Of a DNA stretch of 64,000 nt, positions 12,127 to 24,250 are shown in pieces. The number at the start of each line of letters is the position of its first letter. Positions within the stretch are counted from its first letter, which is position 1. The notes beneath the pieces were generated by a model, which saw nothing but the letters and a program-made list of their open reading frames with translations, was not told where the DNA came from and searched no databases. Location: the NCBI RefSeq assembly GCF_000315625.1, contig NW_005434570.1:11413-75412 (forward strand), read 5' to 3'. The DNA is from Guillardia theta CCMP2712. Taxonomy: Eukaryota; Protista; Cryptophyta. Made by a program: the position numbers and the translations under genes.

Positions 12127-13214
12127 GGTTGTCGTCGACCTGCAGCCAGATATCAAACAGCAGTGACACTGAGGAGCGATGTCCACTCGACGATGCCAAG
12201 CAAAGCAGCTTCTCAGTACAATCTCCACAGCTCGGTCGTTTGCCAAGGAGAGAATTTTGAGAGCAATCGCAGTTTACATGCATCATCACCACAAACCATT
12301 ACATCACAAACTTTTGAGTCAACAACATATCATGCAAGTGCCTGATCAGCCACTGCGTGATTATTCAAATTCAAATTCAAATATGTAGCCGTGGGGTTGT
12401 CTTGCTTCTTATGAAGCATTCAACCTTCAATTCCATGCAGTTCTCGAAACATGCACGACTCATGCACGACTATTCGCAGCAGGGAGCTCTCTCATGCATT
12501 ATTCATGTTATCCTCCCCCCCTCAATCATCTAACACGCCACTTCCTCCCACGTCCAAATTTCTAACAAGGAATGAGCATCAAATGCGAGCAAACCAGCCA
12601 GCAAGGTTCGTAGAGGTCAACATGGCATGGACCGATAGGAGGAGCAGCGAGGGGGAGCTAGCGGGGGTAAGGCAACGCCGAACGAGCATGTCACTTTCTC
12701 CTCCTCCCCCCTCCCCCCTTGCTCTCTATCAGCACACTTCCTCCATGCCCGCCCCTGCATCACAAGGACCCGCCTCGCCGCTCCTCTGTCGGCCCACAGC
12801 GCCCGCCTCTGACTAATTCACAGGGGGGTGGGTCATCAGATACCGGTACTGGACTGAAGAATATTATGATCAAAAGGGGGGTTCGATATCACACACTTTG
12901 GTAATGGTAGGGTGGTGATTCAAATCCCAAAAGCTCTCAGGACCGAGATTAGTTGAGTAGAGTTGGGTTGAGGTGAAGTGGGTGGGGGTACTCAGAAGCT
13001 TATCTGAGACAGTGATCCTGTATCAATTAGAAACTTATTCGAAAAATACTTTAAGATGGATGCATTCATTTCTAGCTTCTGTTGACATCAGGGGTACTCG
13101 TTATTGCAAGGAGGACCTAACCCTGATGAATTGTGGGATTCTGGGGGGTGATGGTACATACCCCTACCATACCATTTTCCCAAATACTAAACAGCAATCG
13201 GGTGGGTGCAGAGG

Positions 13215-14225
13215 TGGCTCTGGCTCGGACCGGCCCCCGGCGTCCGATCGAGTGACCGTCCGACGGTCGGACCGTTTCACTGAGGCCCTGAGCGGCCTCA
13301 CCGTGGCTGTCACTGACTGAGTCAGTCACGGTGCCAGTTCAGTGAGGGCAGACTCGGGCGGCCAGCTGCAACACTCGCTGGCCCTCCGGCGACTCGATCA
13401 CTGGGCCTACTACTAATCAGGCCGCGCGGGCCCGGGCGTGACTCGAGACCGAGTTTAATGCACACAAAACCGTGGCAGAATCATTGAATTGAGGAGCACA
13501 TGAGAGATAGACTGTATGCTAGGATGTGCCAAACCCAAGCCTGGCATCATCCAGACAGTGCCTGAGAGGACCTTAGCAAGACGGCTAGGAAACTTGGAAA
13601 GCCCCCCCTTCGTTGTCCCACACCGTCTACATTGCCGCCGCCTCGCAAACACGTAACGCCGTCGTCTTAGTTTACAGGAGAGTTTTTGTTAACTCGGCGG
13701 CGCTATCTGACTGGCACGGCTGGCATACGCTCCATCAGCAGCAGCCCCCACAGTTGCAGCCAGGCTGCGGCGGAGGCTCAGTCACTTAACTTATCATTGA
13801 ATGAAGGTTTTTTCTGCCGCAGGATCCGCCGGTCAGCCTGGCCGCCGGCCGGCCGCACTCAGTAGAGCTGAGTACAGTGCGGCTAGACTCCGGCGCGATG
13901 ATCCTAGCACTGCGGCAATCATGCGGGCGGCGGCGTGACTGCCGCCGGCCGGGTACTACCCACCGGGCGTACGCCGGTACGCTGGGCCCGCGGAAGTTGA
14001 ACTTCTGAGTGCCCGCAGCCTCGGAGCCCAGCCAGAGGCGGGCGTCAGAAGTCATCAGGGCCCCGGATAGTCTGAGGCTTCCCGGCCGGGCGGCCTGTGC
14101 CGCAGTGCCCGCGGCCCGGCCGCACTGGCGCGGCGGCCTCGGACGGTCCGGCGCCGAGCCCGGGCCGACCGGCAGTCACTGAGTGCCTCCCGGAGCTCGG
14201 ACTGGTCACAGAGTCAGGTGTTTTT
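13215..14225. other. CCGG-rich intergenic island 2
   Basis: Same vocabulary; between divergent Myb and OTU genes. Confidence 0.8.
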
Positions 14226-14829
14226 ACTCAAAGCTCAAGTATTTTGAGTCTGTGACTGATAAAAGTTCAAATTAAAGGGGAAAGTTTGAAGTTGAGGCTA
14301 CACCAAGTCTACCACCACCAGGTGCTCATTGTACCCCTACCCCTTACCAAATCTAAAGCACCCCTTCAAATGTGATCTTTATTACAACCCTCGGTAACCT
14401 GAACCCTACCCTAGTCGTTACAAACCCCTTGAAAATATATGAAAAGTACCCGTGAAAAGGACGTACTACCCCTACGTGGCACCATGCAGTGTTTACAACC
14501 CCTACCCATGTCGAGACGGACTCTACCCCATCGGTCTAATCAACATGTACCCACCCCTGCTTCCAGCTGTTCCTCATACACAGTGCTTCTGTACCCCCCT
14601 GGACATCATTTTATGGTTCGGGTGCGCCCAGTTCTGGCTCAAAATGTCGGGGGAGACAAGGAGGAGAAAGGCAGCTATCGTAGTCTCCCCTTCCTCCCCT
14701 CAGAGAAGTTTCCCGCTCATCCCGCATGCCCCTCGCTCAGTCTCTTGCTCGTGTTCTTGTTCCCTTTTGAAGCCAATCCTGCTGGCTGCTGGCCTGGGAC
14801 TGACTTTGCCATTTTTGCAGGATAGCACG

Positions 14830-16441
14830 ATGAAGTGTGAGATGGAGAGATGGAGTGAACACCGTATCTGATCACATAGCACGTCGCTGCCTTGCATTAC
14901 ATGATAGACGTTTGAGTGTCTCGTGCCCTATCCAAGTAGGTGGACTGCGAACAAATCTCTGCGACCATGCAGGCCCATGAACTGTCATCAGGGAGGGTCG
15001 AATCTCGGCAGAGACCTCCTGTTGACAGGAGCCAGACCGTTCCTGCAAAGATCCTCATTCCACCAGAACCGGTTGGAGGAGCATGGCTGCGAAGAGAGGT
15101 GGAGAATGCAGGAAGGCCGGTCTCGTTCGACTCCTCAAACATGGGTCATATGGTTGATTACCGTGGGAATCAAGACTTGGATTTCAGGAACACCATCCCC
15201 CCGAGGGCTTCTCAGTTCACATCGTTCAACACTCCTGGGAATGCAGTGATGGGATCGGGCATGCACGGAGCTGCGCAGTCGAGCGCAATCAGGAACGAAC
15301 GATGGCACGAGCATCGCAGTATCGGGGACGACTTTAGGAGGATGGAGCAAATCGAGTACCTGAGGCACCAGCAGCGACAGCAATCGCACCTGTCTTCACC
15401 TCAATCACCTCAATCTCCTCATCCTTCACATCCTGTCCGAGCCGCCACCATCGATGTCGTATCGCTGACTGGAACACGCAGGTTCAGTATTTCCACGAGT
15501 CGTCTCAACTGTTGGGAGCGATACAGCACACTGCCCCAACCGTGCACGCGCCTGCCCCTGTAAAAGCAGAAGATCCGCAGTGAGTGCATGGAGGAGGGTT
15601 TGGTGTTCCTCCTCACGAGCTCCCCCGTCCCAGTCTCAAGGAGCTAGTGGAGGAACTAGACCAGCTCTTTCAGATGTACTGCATGCATCCCGTCGGCAAG
15701 GAGGTACCAGCTAGCATTCTCCTTCCCCGCTGCTCACACTCGATGGACAGGTCTGGGACACTTTGATCCAGGATGCAGACGGGCTGGTGGACAAGGTATG
15801 ACAGCATGTCATGGGGATGAAATAGGAGATTGGATGTCGTGTGTAGTGGATGCAAATGCTGTGGATTTGTTGGTGGTAGCAGTGAATTGTTGGAGGAAGG
15901 GGTGTGAAAACAAGGAGTATCAGGAGAAGAAATAGGAGGGGAAGGAGAAGGGAAAAGGTGGAAGAGGAGGTGGTTTGGTGGACGTGGTGGTAGTAGTGGT
16001 GCCAATGGCGGTGGTAAAGAAGGAGAGGTTGAAGAGGGGTGGAGGAGAGAGGAGAGTAGCAATAGTCGGAGAACTCCTCAAGTTTTGTTTTTAGGTGGCT
16101 GAATATCCCTCGCTGAAGAGTCGTCTGGAGAAGACCCGAGCGCAAATCGAAGCATACACATCGTCACATCAAGTCGCATGCGGCTGAGAAGCTCTGAGCC
16201 GGTTGTGACCGATTGTCTGACAGTTTGAGATGGAGTCTCGTCTACAAGCTTGCGAGCTCGGGTTGCAGCAGGTGAGGGCAAGGGGAGGGTTGGAACTTTG
16301 TCTCCTCAACTATGCCGGTCTTGATCAGGTTCAGCAACAAGTGGAGGAAGGAAAGTTGGAGGACATGTCAATATCGCAGGTGCTCTTGGAGATATGAAAT
16401 GCAGGATGATCATCTCGTTGGTTTTGCTGCCACTGATGCTT

Positions 16442-16524
<83 letters not shown>

Positions 16525-17610
16525 AATGATAATTTATTTTTGGTGTTGGTGCTGATAGTGATGTTGCATATGACTGTTCTCTATTTTCCATGTTCAAGTT
16601 TGTCCAGCCATGAGAGTCCCTGACTCAGTTTGATGTCAGTACGACGACATGATATCAAAAGTCGGAAAACTTCAGGTGATTTGCTCTCACTTCTCCTCGT
16701 CCTCCTCCTCCACCACCATTACCTCCTCCTCCTCCTCCTCCTCCGATCGCTTGACCGATAGTACTACCGCAGGTGGAGTGCGATGAACTGAAAAAGATGG
16801 GCGTCACTTCCAAGAGGAATCCTGACTGTGTTAACGGAGAGTTTCTCATGCAAACGCTCAAGGGGATCAAGCAGAGCGTCTCTGAGAACGCTCTCGTCCT
16901 GGAGGAGATGGCGTATGCCCAGCGGATCTCCGACCAGTTCGTCGTCCTCTCCTCCCCCAACGACGGAGACTGCTTGTTCCACAGCATCTTCATGAGCATG
17001 GTGGCTCTTCAGGCGCTCAAACAGTCGCGCAGCGCGCTGGGCAAGCCGACTATGTCCTACTCGGAGCTGATGGAGAGGGTGCACAGTCTTTACGGCCCGG
17101 AAGCGATCCTCAACGGCACCTACGAGAACCGACTGCTGGCCGTGCAGACGATGCGGAGCGAGGCGGAGGTGTTCAAGCCCGTGATCGTTGACATCCTCCA
17201 CTGCTGCCTGCAGCCGACCCAGACCGACGTGACGTCGCAGATGATGAGAGAGGAGCTGAGGAGGCGATACGGGACCGAGTTCTTCAGCGAGGAGGGGGAG
17301 CTGGTGGAGGGAGCGAACCTGTCTGCACTGTTCTCCAAGGACGACATCGTGGACGTCTACTGCAGCGTCATGGGAACCCCCGGGGTCTTCGGGGAGAAGG
17401 CGGAGATCTATGCCCTGAGCAAGGCGCTGAAGAAGAAGGTTTACTTGTACTACTACCACGGGGAGCGACTCGACTCTAAGGGGAGCCACCTGCCTGCTGA
17501 AGTTTTCAACCCCAAGGCGTCGGGGAAGGAGATCAATCTCTTGCATTCGGTACCCTCAACCCTCCCTCCCCCTTTCTTCCTGCCATTTCTACCCCGCTAT
17601 ATCCAACTTT

Positions 17611-17670
<60 letters not shown>

Positions 17671-17936
17671 CGCTCCTGCTCCTGCTCCTGCTCCTGCTCC
17701 CGCTCCTGCTCCTGCTCCTGCTCCTGCTCGCTCTCTCATGTTTCCTGCTCCCGCTCCTTCCGTCCTGTTTCACGGCTCGCTTCCAACTTTCAACCATTTT
17801 GACCCTCTTTCACCCCCCCCCCCTGCTCTTTCAATTCGACAGTTTCCCCTCCTTTATATTTCTGCGTAGGTTGGTGGTCGACATTATTCGGCTCTTATCC
17901 GCAAGGACTTGCTGAAGAAAGAAACACTCAAGGTGG

Positions 17937-18011
<75 letters not shown>

Positions 18012-18054
18012 CCCTGCCCCTGCCCCTGCCCCTGCCCCTGCTCCTGCTCCTGCC

Positions 18055-18105
<51 letters not shown>

Positions 18106-19647
18106 TCTCTTTCTCCCAGACTCTTCCTCGCGTCGCCCCTCTCTTCTTGAGCTTCCTTGGTGTTTCGTTCTACTTCATCTCCTCCTTCCATGGTGCTCCT
18201 GAGAACTGATGCAGGAAATCTCTATGGATTGGGAGCTCCGGTAATGCTCCTCTCTCTTCCTCCCTCCTTCAACCCCCGTCCTTTCCTCTGTCGCCCTCGC
18301 ACACATCGTCCACTACTCTCTCCCTCCTCCCTCCACCCCCTCCTTGTGTCGCTTTCTCCTGATCTCCCCACCTCCTTTCCCTTCCTCTTGCTCTTGCTCT
18401 TGCTCTTGCTCTTGCTCTTGCTCTTGCTCTTGCTCTTCCTCGTCCTCGTCCTCTTCCTCGTCCTCTTCCTCCTTCCCGCTTCTCACTCTCGTTCATCTTC
18501 CGCCAGGCTCCCCAACGGCTGTGTTGGGGTGGGGATGGGTCTCAAGGTCGCATTCTACGGGGATATGGCCAAAGCGGAGGCAATGAAAGGAGGAGGGGGA
18601 GGAGGAGGAGGAGCAGGGGGAGGATCGTTCAGAAAAGATGTAGGGGGGAAGGAGGGGCAGGAGAAGAGGTACAAATGCCAGGTAGTTGAAGTCTACAAGG
18701 GAGGAGGGTCAGCGCAGCAGGTAACCCTTCCTCCTGCTTCTCACTCCCGTCATCTCCTCACCCCCATGCTACTCACCGCCCTCCTCTCCTCCGACTACTT
18801 TTCCTGTGCAACTTCGTGTGTTTCATGTTTCTTTCTGCTCCTTTCTATTCCACTCGATTTTCCTTCCATCCTCTATTTCAATGAGTGTGTCTACTCTACT
18901 TTTCCCCTTCTCTGCTGATCCCCTTCTTTGCTGATACCCTTTTCTCCTCCTCCTCCTCCTCCTCCTCCTCCTCCCCTCCTCCTCCCCTCCTCATCACTTA
19001 CGATTTGACCAGCACATAGCCAAGAATGATCTCCTTCTCTCAATCGATGGCCAGTCTACCTTTGGTGAGCAGCTTTGAGGAGGGAGAAGCTAGCAGGGGA
19101 GCAGCGGAAGAGGGAGGAAAGGAGGCGGCGGGGATGGGGGAAGGGAAAGTGGAGATGTGATAGGTGGAAGGAGGGGAGGGAGGGAGGGGAAGGAGGAGTG
19201 GGGCAGGAGAAGGAAGAAGGGAGAAAAGGAGGAGGATGCTGGTAGTCGGTGGAGGAGGGAAGAGGAGGGAGCATGGGAGTTCTAAGGTAGAGGAGAGGAG
19301 GAAGACGTGCTGAGGTCGTTTCAGGCATGAAGATGTCTGAAGTCCAGTCCCTGCTCTCGGGTGCACCGGGCTCAACAGTACAGGTGAGGAGGAGGAGGAG
19401 AAGAGGAGGAGGAGGAGGAGGAGGAGGAAGCGGAGACGGAGGGGGGGGGGAGGTGGAGGAGGTCTTACCAACGAGGCAGCTGGAGTTGGAGAGACCAAAG
19501 AAAGGAAGGTATTCGTGCAAAGTCGAGAGAGTCGCTCTGTCCTCCCTAGCACATGGGGTCCGATTAACCTCCGCTCACTCCCGCTTCTTGCTTTCCTTCT
19601 CGGAACAACAACCTGGCTTCCTTCTCTTCCCTTCCCTAACTTTCCTC
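14830..19647 (+). CDS. OTU-family deubiquitinase with C-terminal PDZ-like domain (multi-exon; ends uncertain, 3' end near gap)
   Basis: OTU motifs PNDGDCLFHSI, FGEKAEIYALSKAL, INLLHS|VGGRHYSAL; PDZ-like VGVGMGL...VVEVYKGGGSAQQ|HIAKNDLLLSIDG...MSEVQSLLSGAPGSTV. Confidence 0.75.
16441..18435. repeat. Intronic hexamer microsatellites (CCTGCT)n at ~16441-16525, 17610-17730, 17935-18105 and (CTCTTG)n at ~18385-18435
   Basis: Tandem hexamers inside GT...AG introns. Confidence 0.9.
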
Positions 19648-19747
19648 NNNNNNNNNNNNNNNNNNNNNNNNNNNNNNNNNNNNNNNNNNNNNNNNNNNNN
19701 NNNNNNNNNNNNNNNNNNNNNNNNNNNNNNNNNNNNNNNNNNNNNNN
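19648..19747. other. Assembly gap (100 N)
   Basis: Run of n. Confidence 1.
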
Positions 19748-19850
19748 TGCTCTCCTCTGCCTCCTGCCCAACTCCCTCCACTTCCACGTCTTCGTTCCCC
19801 TCCTCTCCTTTCACACTTGCTGCTGCCCTTCCCCCCCCCCCCCCCACGCT

Positions 19851-22031
19851 TCATTCTGCTCCTTGCCCCCTCCCTTCCCGTCGTTTCATTCCGCATGCCT
19901 GGAAGGCATCGAGCACGGTCTCGACCGACTCAGCGCAAGAGGCCCCGAGCCGCTCCTTCGCGTCCTCTACCCACTGCTGGAGCTCTTGCAGCAGCTGGCA
20001 CTCGCTCACAGCCGGCGAGGAGGAGGAGAGCAAGAGGAGGAGGCTACGCACGGCGAAGAGAAGGGTAAGGGAGCGAGCACGGTCCTTTGCAGCGTCTCCT
20101 CCTCCTCCTCCTTTGCCGGAGAGGGAGCGACTATACTTCACGATGGACCGGAGGAAGGCATTCTGGCTCCGTCCTTTTCTCCTGCCACTCATCCGCAGAG
20201 CAAACGACCCGAAATGTTTGTCCACAAGCTGATCGAAGAAGAAAGCGCGCGCGGACGCGAGCTCTTGCAGCGACAACGGATCTCCTTCGCTTCGTCCTCC
20301 TCCTCCTCCTGCCCCTCCTCCTGCCCCCCCCGCTGGTGCTGGTCCAGCTTGTTCCTCAGTCCCCTTGTGTTCTTGCACGGCTCTGCTTCCTTCGTCAACC
20401 TCCATCGGATCGCGCGCGTCGTCCGCCAGCTTCCCTCGCCCCCATCCTTCCCCTCCTGCCTCTCCTCCTCCTCTCCTGCTGCTCGTCGATTCAGCATGGA
20501 GGCATGACGCCCTCCAGTAGGCTTGCAGGAGGAGAAGCCGGCCTCCTCCCACCAAATATCGCTGTGTGAGGAGCGAGGTCTACAAGACACGTCAGCATGA
20601 GAAGCAAAGCAAGTAGAGGAAGGGAGTGAGAGGAGGACAAGAGGGTGCAGCAGGAGCGGGAGCAGCAGGAGCGGGAGCAGCAAAGCATTTCTCACAGTAA
20701 TGACTTCACGTAGTGAGTCATAGCTGCAGTTCCAATGGAGCAGGAGAAACTCAACTGAGAACAGAAGCATGTCAGTTAGAAGTAGAACATTCGCAAACAG
20801 ACAAGACGGGCAAGCGAGATCAGAATCAATGCAGACGACAACTTTACATTCACCGACAAACGTGTCACAAGAGTCAACAAGCGGAGAGCTTCATCGATCG
20901 TCATCTCAGTGACGACAGAAACATGTCATGACAAAACGTCGTGTCTAGTCACCAAGGAAAGATTCAAGACTTCGCCAGAGTGCTTCGACCGTCACATCCA
21001 AAGTCCTGTGACTATCCTCCCCCATCGTCTCTTGTTTCACTATCACCCCCATAGCCTGGTTTCCGTCTCGTTTCGATTCCGCCTTTCGCTTCCGCTTTTT
21101 TTCTTTCTTCTTGCGATCCTCCTCTTCCTCCTCATCATCGTCCTCGTCCTCGTCCTCGTCCTCATCATCATCGCACAGAGCATCGGCTGTTTTCATGCAG
21201 CACTGAATGATGTTAGCAATAGACAGCCTGACGTTCCTGCACACAACAAGTCAGAAGCCAGCGACAAGTCAAGTCAAGTTTACTCCGAGTGGTACGTCAG
21301 GCAACCGTCTTCAATCGTGCAGAATTCACTGACGGCCCAATGGGAAATCTCCGGCCAGCCCTGGGCCTTGACGGCATTTCGCTCGTTGAGGCTGAGCAGT
21401 CGGAGGAAGCTGAAGAGGAGGCAGCAGCGATGGGCGAAGTCATTCTGTTGGTCACGTTTACGCTTCCTCCCATTGATCAGGCTCTGACCAATCCTATTCT
21501 GCGTCTGACTTCTGTTGGAGAACATCTCCTGCAGCTGCTTGCAGCCGTCTTGAAACATTTTCAACAGCTCCTGTGGCCAAAGTCACTTCTTCAGCATCCT
21601 CGCCAGTCTCTGCGCTCACCTGGCCTTCAACTTGAAAAGACTCGCAAGTCCCTTCCGAGCGGTTGGAGTAGAACTGAAGGCAGCGGACCAGGCTCGAGTA
21701 CCACTCCCTAGCCTGTGACATCGCAGGTCAGTCAGTGTCACTGGCAGCACTTGGCGTGTTCTGACACCTTATACCACCATACTCTCATCTCTCCTCCCTC
21801 TCATTTCATTTCTACCACTCATTGTCATCATGGAGTTTCTTCACCATGACCCCATATCATCCTTCACCAACCAATCTTTCTGCTCCAGCTCCTCCTTCTA
21901 CTCGTCCTCGTTCTATTAAAGTACTACCACCTGCTCCTGCTCCTGCACTTGCGCCTGCTCCTACTCCTGCTCCTACTCCTGCTCCTGCTCCTGCCCCTGC
22001 TCCTGCCCCTGCTCCTGCCCCTGCTCCTGCC

Positions 22032-22064
<33 letters not shown>

Positions 22065-23860
22065 CCTACGTAGCTTACCAGACTTGACGAGACTCGCTCA
22101 GTGTCAAGAATCCGCTTCAGCATTTGACCGAAGCAGTGAGGCGAAGGGCATTTCCCGGACATGAGCAGGCAATGAATCTCCTCACGGATACTGGTGATAC
22201 CGTCCTCGTCTCCATGAGGATCATTTTGATCGCAGCTAGCAATCTGCAGCGAGTAAGCCACTGTCTGCCTTGGAGAAACGTTTACCTCATGAAACTTAAA
22301 AGTTGGCCTCGAGCTCTTGCGTTTCGTCGCCACCTCTTCTTTCCGCCCCTCTGGACGGAGGAAATCCTCCAGGGCCATCCTGTCACCTGCCCCTGTCTCG
22401 TCCCCATCGCCCTCGTTCCTATCGACCCCGTTCCTCTCGGCGAGGACAGATAGGTAGCTCTGCAGCGTCTCCTTGCTCTTCGCCTCAACAGCTGGATTCT
22501 CGCTCTTCTTCTCTTTCTTCACCGTTGCCTGATTCCTCGTCTTCCTTCCAAGGATGACGCTCTCATATGATAACCCATTTCCTCCTCCTCCTCCTCCTCC
22601 TCGTCCTCGTCCTCCTCCTCCTCCTCCTCCTCCACTTGACACCCTCTCCTTGACCTTCGCTGCATCGCCATGATCCAGATGACTGGCGTAGGAACTTCTT
22701 GCAGCGGGTACACTGGGCATGGAAGACGAGGAAGACGCATCGACACCATTCTGCGCCCCATTCCTGCATCCTGTCTGTCTCCTTGCTCCCGAAACCTCCG
22801 GCGGCCCCCCCCTTAGACGGGAAGGCCGTGCACCTTCTTCGTCAGAGTCGATGAAGCTCTGAAACGCATCGATGTCGACAGAAGCAGAGTGGTCGTTCTG
22901 TGGTCACAAGTCACAAGTCACAAGTCACAAGTCACAAGTCACAACAAGTGGACAAGTGGACAAGTGGACAAGTGGACAAGTGGACAAGTGGACAAGTGGA
23001 CAAGTGGACAAGTCACAAGTCACAAGTCACAAGTCACAAGTCACAACAAGTGGACAAGTCACAAGTCACAAGTCACAACAAGTGGACAGGATTACAAGTC
23101 AACGTGTAAAAAAGAAATGGACAGGACAAGAAAACCAAGAAAAGAAAAGAAAAGAAAAGGAGAAAGGAAGAAAGGAAAGCAAGAAAAGAAAAAGAATCAA
23201 CATTGTGTCACTCCAACCACATGTCATGCTCTCAACATCCGCATCTCTCGCCAACGACATCGCAGACTGCATCAAAATCTCTTTCCCCCCAAGTACAACA
23301 CAACACAGCTCAGCACAACACCGCACAACAGCAGGCACCTCAACGCCAACGAAGACGACGTCCGAGTCATCCGATGAGGAGTCTGAGTTGTCGATCGTCA
23401 AGTCAACAACCTCTCCTGCCTCCTCACAGGTTGGTTGCTCCTCATTAATCATCTACAAACCCGCGCAACTGAAACACATGTCGGAGGAGCTGCAATGGAG
23501 GAAAGTGAGGTTGAGAGCAGCACGCGCAAACAGCTCCTCTTGCTTTCTTCACTCCATCCACCTTCACCTCCTCATCTCACTCTCAGATTCCTCATCGCCC
23601 GTTGACATGTCGGCGCTTTCATATGATAGTCTGAAGCTGCCATTTCTCACTAACCGTCCAACACCTTCTAATCGCCACGGCGGGCTGTTTGTACGCATCT
23701 TTGTCATACATGATCATATCCTTCCATCTTCCCCTGATCAGCGAGACCCATGCTTGCATAAACTCAATGGAATTCTGAAAAACCTGCTCGAATTCCCTCT
23801 TCCTCTTGTCAGATTCACTGTTCTCAACCTGCTTCCTCTCTCGACATCTTTCATCATGCC
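19851..23860 (-). CDS. Large multi-exon hypothetical protein with SUMO-interacting-like motifs and a helical C-terminal region
   Basis: Chain of minus-strand exon-like ORFs (19851-20555, 20945-21244, 21857-22720, 23099-23452); VVDLTIDNSDSSSDDSDVVFVG. Confidence 0.5.
22903..23100. repeat. Compound minisatellite of (TCACAAG) and (TGGACAAG) units
   Basis: Alternating blocks of 7- and 8-mers sharing the core ACAAGT. Confidence 0.95.
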
Positions 23861-24069
23861 TCATCGCGGCGTATCTTCTCTCTCCTTCTCATTATCTCAT
23901 CGGCATCCCTCCTTCCATGCTTCCTTCTCATCATTCCTCCTCCTCCCCTCTCTCCGCCCATGTTGTGCATCGCCAGGGCCTTTGTCTTTCTGGTTCCTGG
24001 TCTGAGCTAAGAATGTGGTTTAGCTCTGAGAAAGCTAAACTACCGGCAGGGCAGTTTCAGTTTCCGAGT

Positions 24070-24250
24070 CACGAGTGACCGGACCGGCCCCGCGGCGGGC
24101 CCGCCGGGCCGGGGGTCTCCGGGGCCTGTCCCCAACTTGAACTTCAAGGCTTGCCGCAGTGCGGCGGCCGGGCCTCAGGCTGCCGGGCTCGGAGAGGCAC
24201 GCCGTTCAATGAGGTCCCGTTCATGCCGCAGTGGACCCTTCCGAACTTAG
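24070..24250. other. CCGG-rich intergenic island 3 (short)
   Basis: CCGG cluster, GCCGCAGTG twice, AACTTGAACTT. Confidence 0.7.

Noticed and set aside
22872-24005. 377-aa plus-strand ORF; repeat considered as CRISPR or telomere
   Set aside because: Driven by the minisatellite and antisense to exons; no spacers; the unit is not telomeric
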